Part shown: one piece after another, positions 10,075-18,875 of the stretch
Layout of the letters: each line of letters opens with the position of its first letter
Numbering within the stretch: position 1 is the stretch's first letter
DNA from: a virus
Lineage: Duplodnaviria > Heunggongvirae > Uroviricota > Caudoviricetes
Virus record (IMG/VR): IMGVR_UViG_2541047965_000007
Coordinates: 1-48,732 of that record
Length of the DNA stretch: 48,732 bases
Reading direction: 5' to 3' (one strand)
Made by a program: the position numbers and the translations under genes
Notes under the pieces: generated by a model
Seen by the model: only the letters and a program-made list of their open reading frames with translations
Databases searched by the model: none
What the model was told of the DNA's origin: nothing

Positions 10075-10676
10075 TGGATAACGCCGTATTAAATAGCGAG
10101 CTTATTGCCACGAAGGCGGGGAATATTACCGTCTATAACTATGATGGTAAAACTCGGGAATATATTTCTACTTCAAATGAATATCTTGCCATTGGTGTCG
10201 GTATCCCTGCATATTCCTGTCTGGATGAACCTGGTATACATAAGGCGGGTTATGCTATCTGCCGTTCGATGGATTTAAACTCATGGGAATATGTGCCAGA
10301 CCATCGCGGTGAAATCGTCTATAACACCGAAACGGGAGACGCCAAAGAAATCACAGCTCCGGGTGATTATCCTGAAAATACAACCACTATCGCCCCGTTA
10401 ACGCCATTCGATAAATGGGATGGTAAGAAATGGGTGACCGATACTGAGGCACAGCATAGCGCCGCAGTAGACGCGGCAGAAGTACAGCGTCAGTCACTGA
10501 TTAATACTGCAATGGCTTCCATTAGTCTGATTCAACTTAAATTGCAGGCCGGGCGGAAGCTGATGCAGGCAGAGACCACCCGACTTAACACTGTGCTGGA
10601 TTACATTGACGCGGTGACGGCAACAGATACCAGCACAGCGCCGGATGTCATCTGGCCTGAACTGCCGGAGGCGTAG
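10074..10676 (+). CDS. tail-fibre assembly chaperone (partner of alternative cassette)
   Basis: 200-aa ORF whose ATG overlaps the cassette stop; C-terminal WPELPE motif typical of tail-fibre assembly proteins. Confidence 0.7.
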   Translation: MDNAVLNSELIATKAGNITVYNYDGKTREYISTSNEYLAIGVGIPAYSCLDEPGIHKAGYAICRSMDLNSWEYVPDHRGEIVYNTETGDAKEITAPGDYPENTTTIAPLTPFDKWDGKKWVTDTEAQHSAAVDAAEVQRQSLINTAMASISLIQLKLQAGRKLMQAETTRLNTVLDYIDAVTATDTSTAPDVIWPELPEA

Positions 10677-11085
10677 GCCATTCAATATCTGGCACACTGG
10701 AGGTATCAACCAGCTCCAGTGCGTCCAGGTAATCCAGCCACAAATTATATTGCGCCAGTTCCTCGTCTTTCAGACGACCAATAGCGGCTTTACCGGGCCA
10801 TTGTTTACTGTTCATGTATTCGTTGGCCTGATTAAGCAATAATTGCCTTTCTGATTCTGCCTGTTGAATAAGTTCTTCATGTGATGGTGGAGGTATTAGT
10901 GCCCATGTGGGTAATCCATTCTCTCCTGCAACACGAATTTTGCCATCTGGGGGCGTATTTATTGCAAATTCATTATAAACATCATCACTGACAGCCAGAG
11001 CATCATCTGGCCATGAATTTGCATTAATGTAATCATCCTTAAGTGCAGGATTCACAAAAATGTTTAAAGATGGACTATAAAACAT
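10648..11085 (-). CDS. G: tail-fibre assembly chaperone gpG-like (expressed orientation)
   Basis: 145-aa ORF directly after H; C-terminal IEWPTPP motif; converges on and overlaps the alternative chaperone gene. Confidence 0.75.
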   Translation of the reverse strand: MFYSPSLNIFVNPALKDDYINANSWPDDALAVSDDVYNEFAINTPPDGKIRVAGENGLPTWALIPPPSHEELIQQAESERQLLLNQANEYMNSKQWPGKAAIGRLKDEELAQYNLWLDYLDALELVDTSSVPDIEWPTPPAVQAR

Positions 11086-11086
11086 A

Positions 11087-12484
11087 TTACACCCCTATAG
11101 CGATATAACGACCTAATACAGCGTTTGCAGCAGTCGCTATGCTTGAAAAACCGCGGAACTGATTTGATGTAATTGCAGAAGCCGACAGGATTCCTGCGCC
11201 TGAAGGTGTATGCCCCACATGACTAACTATCATTCCATAACATGCTGACGGAAAGGCAAAAGGAAAATCATTAAGATATCCGTCATCTTCACCACCAGAC
11301 CCACCAAATCTCGCCTGCCCCCACTGAATAATCAGTGTTCTCCGGGAACCTGAAATAATTAACGGAATCGTTACATACCCATTCAGACCAATGACACCCG
11401 ATGCAGTGCCAGCCAGAGATAATTCTCCCAAACCAAGGTATGTGAGAAGACCAGCTACATCCTTTCCACTCAAATTAGTCAGCGTATTGTCCAGCGGTTG
11501 TTTACCTGCCAGTGCATTAAGCATTGTCGTGGCAAAGTTCGGGTCATTCCCCAGCGCCGCCGCCAGTTCGTTCAGTGTATCCAGTGCCGCAGGTGCAGAA
11601 CCCACCATTGCTGCAATCGCTGATTTCACAAAAGCTGTAGTGGCAATCTGTGTATTGTTGACCGACTGTGCCGCAGTAGGTGCTGTTGGCGTTCCGGTGA
11701 GTGCCGGACTCGACAGCGGTGCTTTTAGTGCCAGCGCATTGTTAATGGTGGTACTGAATTTCGGGTCATTGTTAATGGCTGCGGCAATTTCTTTCAGTGT
11801 GTCCAGCGTGGCTGGCGCACCGTTAATCAGAGCAGTAATAGCGGCCTGAACAAACGCGGTGGTCGCAATCTGCGTGGTGTTATTCCCCTCCGCTGGCGTT
11901 GGCGCTTTGGGTGTTCCGGTCAATGTCGGGCTTTCTTTGGGTGCATACTGTGAATGCGGGTCCGGTGCGGCAAGATGTTTTGCCATCTTATCATCCACGA
12001 ACACCTTCAGCTCCAGTACCTTGTCATCCACATACTTGCGGGTTGCCAGCACGACGGCAGGGTCGATTTTCAGGGTGATATTGTCCGTGCTGCTGGTAAT
12101 CAGCACCATGCGCACGGTCTGGGTGCGCCCGCTGCCTTCAGCCAGTTGCGGCTTATAGCTTTCCGGGCAGTTGCCTACGGCAATCAATGCCCCGGACTCA
12201 TCAAACAGACCCACTTCACGTATCCACCAACCACCCTCATTTTCAGGGATCACCTGTTCAGCAATAATCTGGCTGCTGTTCTGCGGGTCGATATAGAGCA
12301 TATTCAGCGCAGCCCGGCGTTTCTCATTTACCAGTGCCGTCTGCTTTGCGTCCGGCGTCGGCAATGCTCCGCCGCCATCGCCCACCGCCATATGGGTAAT
12401 TTTTAGCGGCACACCGAGCGCGGCGGCGCTGGCAAGTTTCGCCGCGCCAATATCCGTCAGCAGGGTATAAAATTTTGTGCTCAT
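11087..12484 (-). CDS. H: tail-fibre protein gpH (constant N-terminal region plus currently selected variable C-terminus)
   Basis: 465-aa ORF with repeated fibre-like segments; position between I and G as in P2. Confidence 0.85.
   Translation of the reverse strand: MSTKFYTLLTDIGAAKLASAAALGVPLKITHMAVGDGGGALPTPDAKQTALVNEKRRAALNMLYIDPQNSSQIIAEQVIPENEGGWWIREVGLFDESGALIAVGNCPESYKPQLAEGSGRTQTVRMVLITSSTDNITLKIDPAVVLATRKYVDDKVLELKVFVDDKMAKHLAAPDPHSQYAPKESPTLTGTPKAPTPAEGNNTTQIATTAFVQAAITALINGAPATLDTLKEIAAAINNDPKFSTTINNALALKAPLSSPALTGTPTAPTAAQSVNNTQIATTAFVKSAIAAMVGSAPAALDTLNELAAALGNDPNFATTMLNALAGKQPLDNTLTNLSGKDVAGLLTYLGLGELSLAGTASGVIGLNGYVTIPLIISGSRRTLIIQWGQARFGGSGGEDDGYLNDFPFAFPSACYGMIVSHVGHTPSGAGILSASAITSNQFRGFSSIATAANAVLGRYIAIGV
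11423..11448. repeat. 26-bp invertase crossover site, right, inside tail-fibre gene H
   Basis: ttctcccaaaccaaggtatgtgagaa, inverted relative to the 9581..9606 site; encodes LGLGE in H, and the same peptide is encoded at the other site in the alternative cassette. Confidence 0.7.
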
Positions 12485-13086
12485 GGATTCACTCTCATTG
12501 TGTCAATAACATGGACCGCCCCGCCTTCATGCGCGGTGCCGCCGGAAATAATTGTTTCGTTGATATACGGATAGATCGTGATTTCTTCGCCAAGATAACT
12601 GGCGGCTCCCACCCAATGCGGACCGCTGGTCTGCAGATTGATGGACATGCCGATCATGTGACGGCTACATGGTTTGGCATCGCTTATCAGTCGCTCAAGT
12701 TCCAGATAGGTATCTTCAGTGATGCCCTGGTCCTGCACACCAATGTCCAGACGAAACGTGCCCGGTGTTTCTCCGGTCTGCCACCACTCAATAATGCGGA
12801 TCAGGAAGCCGAACGGCTCCACCACCCGCCGTACGGCACTGGTGGTTCCTTTGTGCTGATGAATATAAAAAGCATCCTTCACTACCTGGCGTTTGACGCT
12901 TTCTGTCCAGCCCTCGTCCCAGCGATCCACAGAGAACGCCCAGGCGAGATAAGGCAGGAAACTGACCGGACAGGTTGCCGGATTCCACAAGTCACGCAGT
13001 GACACCTGCAGATCAGAAATCCCGCTACAGGTTTGCGCCAGTCGGCGCTCCAGTGGCGTTGAACCCGGTGGCAGCAGACTATTCAT
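12481..13086 (-). CDS. I: baseplate protein gpI
   Basis: 201-aa ORF; P2 synteny. Confidence 0.8.
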   Translation of the reverse strand: MNSLLPPGSTPLERRLAQTCSGISDLQVSLRDLWNPATCPVSFLPYLAWAFSVDRWDEGWTESVKRQVVKDAFYIHQHKGTTSAVRRVVEPFGFLIRIIEWWQTGETPGTFRLDIGVQDQGITEDTYLELERLISDAKPCSRHMIGMSINLQTSGPHWVGAASYLGEEITIYPYINETIISGGTAHEGGAVHVIDTMRVNP

Positions 13087-14026
13087 CCGTTCCCCCGTTG
13101 GTCACGCTCCACTGAGTACATGATGCCGCCTGCGTTTTGTTCAGGACCACATCAGCCAGCGGTGAAGCCAGCTCCACACGTTGAACACCCTCAACATGCA
13201 GCGCGGCAAAAATAGCACTACGGCGAATATCCCGACCGAGCCGCGTCTGACTGGCGATGTACCTCTGCAGGCTGACTTTTGCCGCTGCCATTACCGGCTC
13301 TGCTTCCGGTCCCGGATAAAGAAAAATGGTAGCTTCCACACGGTACGGGATGATTTCTGCGCTGCGAACCGTCAGACGGTCAGCCACCGGGCGGACATTC
13401 TCACTGTTCAGGGCTTTCTCCACCACATCCAGCAAGTCTTTTTCTGCTGTTCCGTCGCCTTCACGACTCAGGACAGTCAGTACCACCTCTGCAGGTGCCG
13501 GACTGGTTGCACTGGCATCCGCCACCCGACCGTCGGCGCTTCGGGCATGAAATTCATAAGCGGCAGTTGGCCCCGCAACAGAAAGCCCTTCAAAGGCTGC
13601 GGGCACACGCAGGCGTAACGCTTCATCGCTTTCCATCACAGCCGCAACGGGTGGCACAGCGTCATTATCAGCAGGCGTCACCGTCAGGCGTTTCACGTTG
13701 TAGTTGGCAGCGAGCTGGTCAAGATCGCCGCCCATCGCGTATGCCACCATCACAGCCTGCGCGGCTTCGTTAATGCGCTGGCGCAGAAGCAACTCACGGT
13801 AAGCGTTCTCCTGCAGCAATTTGGTGACGGGTTCAGATTCCAGTTCCAGCGTGCGGATCACGGCTTCCTGCTCATCTTTCGGATGAAGCGCAACAAATTC
13901 GGCCTTGCGTTCGGCAAGCAGCGTCTCAAAGTCCGGCACATCGACAATCTGCGGCGCAGGCAACTGCGAAAGGTCAATCACTGCCATTCTCTGCTCCTGT
14001 TGATACGGAAAGGGAAACAGGCACAC
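13079..14026 (-). CDS. J: baseplate protein gpJ
   Basis: 315-aa ORF; P2 synteny. Confidence 0.85.
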   Translation of the reverse strand: MCLFPFPYQQEQRMAVIDLSQLPAPQIVDVPDFETLLAERKAEFVALHPKDEQEAVIRTLELESEPVTKLLQENAYRELLLRQRINEAAQAVMVAYAMGGDLDQLAANYNVKRLTVTPADNDAVPPVAAVMESDEALRLRVPAAFEGLSVAGPTAAYEFHARSADGRVADASATSPAPAEVVLTVLSREGDGTAEKDLLDVVEKALNSENVRPVADRLTVRSAEIIPYRVEATIFLYPGPEAEPVMAAAKVSLQRYIASQTRLGRDIRRSAIFAALHVEGVQRVELASPLADVVLNKTQAASCTQWSVTNGGTDE

Positions 14027-14333
14027 CGTTATTACGCCGCCCGGTCAGCCCCACCACCATTGAACCGTCAAAATTGCTTTTAATGGTGATGGAATCCAGC
14101 GTCAGCCGTGGCTCCCAGCGACTCAGCGCCACATACACTGCCGACATGACCTGCAGGCGTAATGCCGGATTTTGTGGCTGGTCTATCAGTGTCGACAGCA
14201 GGGAACCATATTCACGACGGGCAATGCGGCTACCCTGCGGTGTCAGTAGAATGTCCCGCACCGACTGACGCAGATGGTCAATATCAGTAATGGCTTTACC
14301 GCTGGTATTGTTCATCCCGATATAAAGCGTCAT
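13974..14333 (-). CDS. W: baseplate protein gpW (start uncertain)
   Basis: 119-aa ORF between V and J; P2 synteny. Confidence 0.75.
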   Translation of the reverse strand: MTLYIGMNNTSGKAITDIDHLRQSVRDILLTPQGSRIARREYGSLLSTLIDQPQNPALRLQVMSAVYVALSRWEPRLTLDSITIKSNFDGSMVVGLTGRRNNGVPVSLSVSTGAENGSD

Positions 14334-14908
14334 ACCGGGCCTCCGGTTGTATCGCCGCCTTTCAGGACGCCAGTATGCTGATGCGCATCAACCACGATCC
14401 CGTTAGAACTCATCGCTCCGCCGCCCTGGGTAACGCCACCATTGATCACCACTTCGCTGTTAATGCGCGTGCGGTCAGCCTCCAGTACAAACTCACTGGT
14501 TTTCATGGTGATGTTGTCAGCGGCTTCAATGACCATTGATTTGATGCCCCTGACATACCAGCGCCCGGTGGCGGGTTCGTATTCAAACCAGCCACCGTCA
14601 GGATGTTCTGTCACGCAGGCGTCCGCCGACGTCGACGGTGGTGCGAACTGATTCGAATAGACAGCGGGCAGCGCAAAGGCGGTTTCCAGATTGCCGCCCA
14701 GACTCAGCAGCACCACCTGCTCACCTTCCGATGGTCGCCACCATGTGCGGGCATTCCCGGCACGCAGCGTCAGCCAGCTAATCCAGTTGGTTTCAAGCTC
14801 GCCCGTTTTCACCCGGCAAAGCCAGTTTTCCCTGTCCACTTCGGTGACTACCCCTGTGCGAATCAGGTTGGTGATAAGGCGCATGATTTCGGTTAATTGT
14901 GCGTTCAT
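14330..14908 (-). CDS. V: baseplate spike gpV
   Basis: 192-aa ORF; P2 synteny. Confidence 0.8.
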   Translation of the reverse strand: MNAQLTEIMRLITNLIRTGVVTEVDRENWLCRVKTGELETNWISWLTLRAGNARTWWRPSEGEQVVLLSLGGNLETAFALPAVYSNQFAPPSTSADACVTEHPDGGWFEYEPATGRWYVRGIKSMVIEAADNITMKTSEFVLEADRTRINSEVVINGGVTQGGGAMSSNGIVVDAHQHTGVLKGGDTTGGPV

Positions 14909-14976
14909 AGGGAAAGGTTGCCATCAGGGGAAGAAAGGCGGCAGTGCTGCAACTTGTATCAGTGCTGATACAAAGA

Positions 14977-15423
14977 TCACCCCGCCAGCCATTGCAGAAT
15001 CATGTCGCGGGTCATTGCCTCAACATCATCATTTACACCCAGCAGGCGGCGCTCTGCGTAACGGACCTCCGGTCCTTTGCGACTGACGCGATCACGCAGG
15101 CCGTAATGGTGAACACGGGCAATACGCTGCACCTTGCCTTCAAACTGTACGCTGGCAGAGTCGGCGCTGGCGGCAGTTTTCAGGTATTTTGTGGTGCGCA
15201 GCTTTGCAAACATCTGACGTTTGATGCGCCCCTTCTTGCTGCGTGCTGTTACCCTGCGCGGTTCATAACTGCTGCCATCTGGATTGCGCTGCATCCTGAT
15301 ATTCTGCTGCTGTGTCCGGCGCAGTTCCTGCGCCAGCTGGCGCATCATGCGGCTTCTCGTGGCTGGTTCCAGATTCGCCAGCAAGGCACTCAGCCAGTCG
15401 TCCACCTTCTGCAGTTCAGCCAC
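14977..15423 (-). CDS. S: tail completion protein gpS
   Basis: 148-aa ORF; P2 synteny. Confidence 0.75.
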   Translation of the reverse strand: MAELQKVDDWLSALLANLEPATRSRMMRQLAQELRRTQQQNIRMQRNPDGSSYEPRRVTARSKKGRIKRQMFAKLRTTKYLKTAASADSASVQFEGKVQRIARVHHYGLRDRVSRKGPEVRYAERRLLGVNDDVEAMTRDMILQWLAG

Positions 15424-15868
15424 GTTTCACCGTCCACATTTCTTCAGGTGCATCAGGTTCCGCTATAGCTTCAACGCTCGACACACTGCCGTCAGTGCTG
15501 ACCAGCACACGCTCCGTCAGTTGCAGGTTCAGGCTGATATCACAGACATCGTTGCGCAGAATATCCACCTCAAAGGTGAATAGCTTTTCCCGTAACGCCG
15601 GGTTATTGATGGCATCGGGCTGGTTATCCCTCAGCCACAGCAAAACCGGGGCCATCAGCAGATTCTGGTCGCCGCTGAAATCCTCAATCACCGCGTTCAG
15701 GGTGTAACGGTACTCCCACGACATGGAGCTGGCCCCCGTGGCAACCAGCGAACCGTTATCCACAAACAGATGCAGTTTGTCCGGGTTATTGCGGACATAA
15801 GGCACCGCTTTATTGAGGGCGTGGCGCAGGGATTGTGGTTTGTTCACTGTTTCGCTCCTGACACGCAA
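15416..15868 (-). CDS. R: tail completion protein gpR
   Basis: 150-aa ORF; P2 synteny. Confidence 0.75.
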   Translation of the reverse strand: MRVRSETVNKPQSLRHALNKAVPYVRNNPDKLHLFVDNGSLVATGASSMSWEYRYTLNAVIEDFSGDQNLLMAPVLLWLRDNQPDAINNPALREKLFTFEVDILRNDVCDISLNLQLTERVLVSTDGSVSSVEAIAEPDAPEEMWTVKRG

Positions 15869-16100
15869 TAATCATGTCCACTTTGTCTGCACAGACCGCC
15901 CAGGCGGCCTCCGTTTCATCCAGCAACGCGTTCAGATCACCGTTAGTGCGCGGCGTTGCCTGATCCAGCCGACACGGCGTCACTCGCGGACAACCACTGA
16001 CGGTAAGCCGTACCTCCGGTGAGTGCCGGACGTTCCCGCAGCCGGATAATGTCAGCAGGCAAAGGAGTATCAGCCCAGCGGCGTAAATCCTCGTTCTCAC
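15810..16100 (-). CDS. lysC: o-spanin LysC (Rz1-like lipoprotein), nested out of frame in the 3' part of lysB
   Basis: 96-aa ORF with signal peptide and lipobox LTLSGC, Pro-rich; embedded in lysB as in P2. Confidence 0.7.
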   Translation of the reverse strand: MRTRIYAAGLILLCLLTLSGCGNVRHSPEVRLTVSGCPRVTPCRLDQATPRTNGDLNALLDETEAAWAVCADKVDMIIACQERNSEQTTIPAPRPQ

Positions 16101-16371
16101 GTTTCAGTTCCTCGATTCGGTGTTGTCGTTGTCTCAGCAGCGCGCTGGTCTGTTCTGCTTCGGCATAGAGCCGCGCCTGCTCCCGGTTATTGGTTTCAGT
16201 CAGAATGGACAGGCTGATAAGCTGGCTGTTGCTCTTTGCCAGTGCCTGGCTTTTGCTATGCAGCTCGTCTGCCTGCGTGCTGATGGTCTGGCTGGCATCA
16301 GCCAGCCGCCACGTCTGCCAGCCCAGCGCCGCCAGTAATAACGCCAGCACAACCAGCAGCAACCGGTTCAT
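15943..16371 (-). CDS. lysB: i-spanin LysB (Rz-like)
   Basis: 142-aa ORF with N-terminal TM helix and coiled-coil periplasmic part. Confidence 0.7.
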   Translation of the reverse strand: MNRLLLVVLALLLAALGWQTWRLADASQTISTQADELHSKSQALAKSNSQLISLSILTETNNREQARLYAEAEQTSALLRQRQHRIEELKRENEDLRRWADTPLPADIIRLRERPALTGGTAYRQWLSASDAVSAGSGNAAH

Positions 16372-16745
16372 GCTGATACCTGTTGCACAATCTGATTACG
16401 GGTCATCCAGAAGGCAATAACGGTCAGCAGATAAAAGACCAGGGTAATAGCCCACCCCGTCCAGGCGAGACTGACGACAATCAGCAATCGCATCACCCAG
16501 CTGATAAATACGTTTTCTTTTCGGGTAATTGTCTTCAGCAAAGATGCCCTCAACTCCTGCCAGAGCGGGCCATTCTTAATTAACGCAGCCAGTGCTACCG
16601 GAATTACCGCCCATGTCAGCAAACAGGCTATCCAAACGCCGGACGCTGCCAGTACCGGAAAAATCCCCTGCGGATACACCATTGCTTCGATTAACAGCGC
16701 CATCCATAACATCAGAAACAGCCCGCTGATTAATTTCTTTTTCAT
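16368..16745 (-). CDS. lysA: LysA-like multi-pass membrane protein (start at internal MKKK)
   Basis: Several hydrophobic helices; position K-lysA-lysB as in P2. Confidence 0.65.
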   Translation of the reverse strand: MKKKLISGLFLMLWMALLIEAMVYPQGIFPVLAASGVWIACLLTWAVIPVALAALIKNGPLWQELRASLLKTITRKENVFISWVMRLLIVVSLAWTGWAITLVFYLLTVIAFWMTRNQIVQQVSA

Positions 16746-16746
16746 T

Positions 16747-17259
16747 TCAGTTTGCTCCCTGTAAGCACCAGGCCATCTCCCGCGCACGGCGGTTATCCAG
16801 CCCCTGATTAAACACACCTTTCACATAAACCCAGCGCGGCAACTGTCGGCACGCATCCGCCCAGCGCCGCTGATTGAGTAATTTCACCAGCGTGGAGCTG
16901 CAGGCATTACCTGTCCCCACGTTGAAGGCAAATGACACCACCGCGTCATACACTTTCTGCGGTGGCTGTTGCTTCACACACCTTTCCAGTGACCGCTCCA
17001 CACGCAGCACGTTGGAGATAAGCCCTTCTGCTGCCTGTCGTTCCGTAATGGTTTTGCCGGGAATGACGCCCGACGTATTACCAATGCCATCGGTCCAGAC
17101 ACCCGCGCTGCACTGATACGGCTGCAGACGACAGCCTTCGTAATCGGCAATCAGTTTCAGCCCCTCCACGGAGGTGTGAAGCTGCTGAAAACCCGGCAGC
17201 GTGGCAGCAATAGCCAGCACGGCCCCGACAAGGCAGCGTTTAACGATTGATGGATTCAT
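16747..17259 (-). CDS. K: endolysin gpK
   Basis: 170-aa ORF with signal-like N-terminus; position between Y and lysA as in P2. Confidence 0.8.
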   Translation of the reverse strand: MNPSIVKRCLVGAVLAIAATLPGFQQLHTSVEGLKLIADYEGCRLQPYQCSAGVWTDGIGNTSGVIPGKTITERQAAEGLISNVLRVERSLERCVKQQPPQKVYDAVVSFAFNVGTGNACSSTLVKLLNQRRWADACRQLPRWVYVKGVFNQGLDNRRAREMAWCLQGAN

Positions 17260-17455
17260 AATCCTCCCGCGAGATCTGTCCGTCGCGCAGAAGCTGGTAG
17301 GCTTTGTGTTTGTAGTACCAGTTGATAGCCAGCATCAGCACACCGATCATCAGGCCGCCCAGCGTTGAGGCATCCTTGATGGACAAATCGCCCAGCCAGG
17401 CCAGCACGACGGCGATGCAATACGTGATAAAGGCGCTGATTCGCTCAAGCGTCAT
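17240..17455 (-). CDS. Y: holin gpY
   Basis: 71-aa ORF with two hydrophobic helices immediately upstream of the endolysin. Confidence 0.7.
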   Translation of the reverse strand: MTLERISAFITYCIAVVLAWLGDLSIKDASTLGGLMIGVLMLAINWYYKHKAYQLLRDGQISREDYESINR

Positions 17456-17458
17456 AAT

Positions 17459-17662
17459 TCAGTCCCATAGCTGGACGGTCTGCACGGTGGTGGTTGTCGG
17501 AATGTCCGGCAGCTCCACCTGCAGCCCGTGAGGTAAAAAGGGGCCGTATTCGGCAAGCCCCGGATTTGCCTTCAGTACCTGCTCCGTGACACCCTGCGTG
17601 CGCCCGTAATGACGCCAGCAAAGCGCGTCCACCGTGTCATACTGATGCGCACGCACTTTCAT
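17459..17662 (-). CDS. X: tail protein gpX
   Basis: 67-aa ORF between L and Y; P2 synteny and size. Confidence 0.7.
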   Translation of the reverse strand: MKVRAHQYDTVDALCWRHYGRTQGVTEQVLKANPGLAEYGPFLPHGLQVELPDIPTTTTVQTVQLWD

Positions 17663-18189
17663 CAGATAAGCTCCACTGTGCAGTGCGGCGCATCCTGCAC
17701 CCGGCTGATGGCCCAGCGGGCGTCACGCCACAAATCACCGCTGGATTCCGCCAGTTCCTCGCCTCGCTTCACACCGGATGCCGTGGCGTCATAGTCCTGG
17801 TATCGTTCGTTGAGCATGGCGCGTGCCCAGCAGTAAACCGCGTTGAAATAGTGCTGAATGCGCTCACTTTTGCCGTCCAGCTGTTCCGCCGGAACCTCAG
17901 CCAGCGACACATATCCCAGCATCTGCTGACGTCTGCGAAACTCATACAGCTCTGCGTTGACCTCCGAAATTGCCGACAGGGCAACCTGCTTTAAACGCGG
18001 CTGCGTCACCGTGCCGTCAGTGCGCATCACGCTGCGAAACTCCGACAGGTCCACATCAGGCCAGAACGGCGTATTTCTGATGATTTCCGCCTGTTCCGGT
18101 GCCTGTTCTGGCGCAACAAACTTCATGCTGCTTTCTCCTGAAATAGAGGGCGGTGGACGGGGTTTTGATGTGGCAGTGCCTTTCGCCAC
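17662..18189 (-). CDS. L: head completion protein gpL
   Basis: 175-aa ORF; P2 synteny. Confidence 0.8.
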   Translation of the reverse strand: MAKGTATSKPRPPPSISGESSMKFVAPEQAPEQAEIIRNTPFWPDVDLSEFRSVMRTDGTVTQPRLKQVALSAISEVNAELYEFRRRQQMLGYVSLAEVPAEQLDGKSERIQHYFNAVYCWARAMLNERYQDYDATASGVKRGEELAESSGDLWRDARWAISRVQDAPHCTVELI

Positions 18190-18221
18190 CCCGTGCCGCC
18201 CGTGCGCGGGGGCACGTTCTG

Positions 18222-18872
18222 TCAGCGGCTGTCATTGCGCAGTCTGCGCTCCAGCTGCTGTTTGTCTTTTTTCACGCCACAGCGGGGATCGAGCTGTAAC
18301 GCATGGTTGAGATGATTAAGGGCGGAAGCCGGATTGCTTTCACTCAGGACAGCGCCAATCGCTTTATGCAGACGCGCCCGTGACTGGTCCGGCATATCCA
18401 GACCGTCTGTCAGCTCCAGCGTCTGCAGCAACAGATCGGCATCAAAGCCGGTGGCGGCAAGCATTGCGCTCTGCGCCGCGTCTGCCATTTCCTCTGCCAG
18501 CACGGTCTGCACATTGCGGTTACCCAGTGGCATCACCCAGCCATGACGCAGGGCATGACGCCCGATCTCCAGCGCCCCGGCATAATCTCCGGCATCAATG
18601 CGCCACAGCATCACGTACATCAGCACGTCATCCTGTTGAGTGCCTCCGGCAGCCAGGACGCCCTCTGCCCAGGCGGCGTACTTCGGCAGCAGCTCCACCT
18701 TGATTTCCGCTTTTTTCACCGTGGACTGAACGCCCTTGAGACGGCGTCGGTCTTCCGCCAGTTGCAGCAGCATCAGGTCATAGCCCGACGCGTGGCGAAC
18801 ACTGCCGCCCTCACGGGCGGCCTGTTCAGCCTGAACGCGCAGGCGATGCTGCCGTGCGGGACTCAGGCTCAT
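18222..18872 (-). CDS. M: terminase small subunit gpM
   Basis: 216-aa ORF after N; P2 synteny. Confidence 0.8.
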   Translation of the reverse strand: MSLSPARQHRLRVQAEQAAREGGSVRHASGYDLMLLQLAEDRRRLKGVQSTVKKAEIKVELLPKYAAWAEGVLAAGGTQQDDVLMYVMLWRIDAGDYAGALEIGRHALRHGWVMPLGNRNVQTVLAEEMADAAQSAMLAATGFDADLLLQTLELTDGLDMPDQSRARLHKAIGAVLSESNPASALNHLNHALQLDPRCGVKKDKQQLERRLRNDSR

Positions 18873-18875
18873 GGA

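Larger units (their letters stand above)
9581..11448. other. invertible tail-fibre host-range segment (G-segment-like)
   Basis: Flanked by inverted crossover sites, adjacent invertase gene, two convergent variable-region plus chaperone cassettes inside. Confidence 0.7.
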
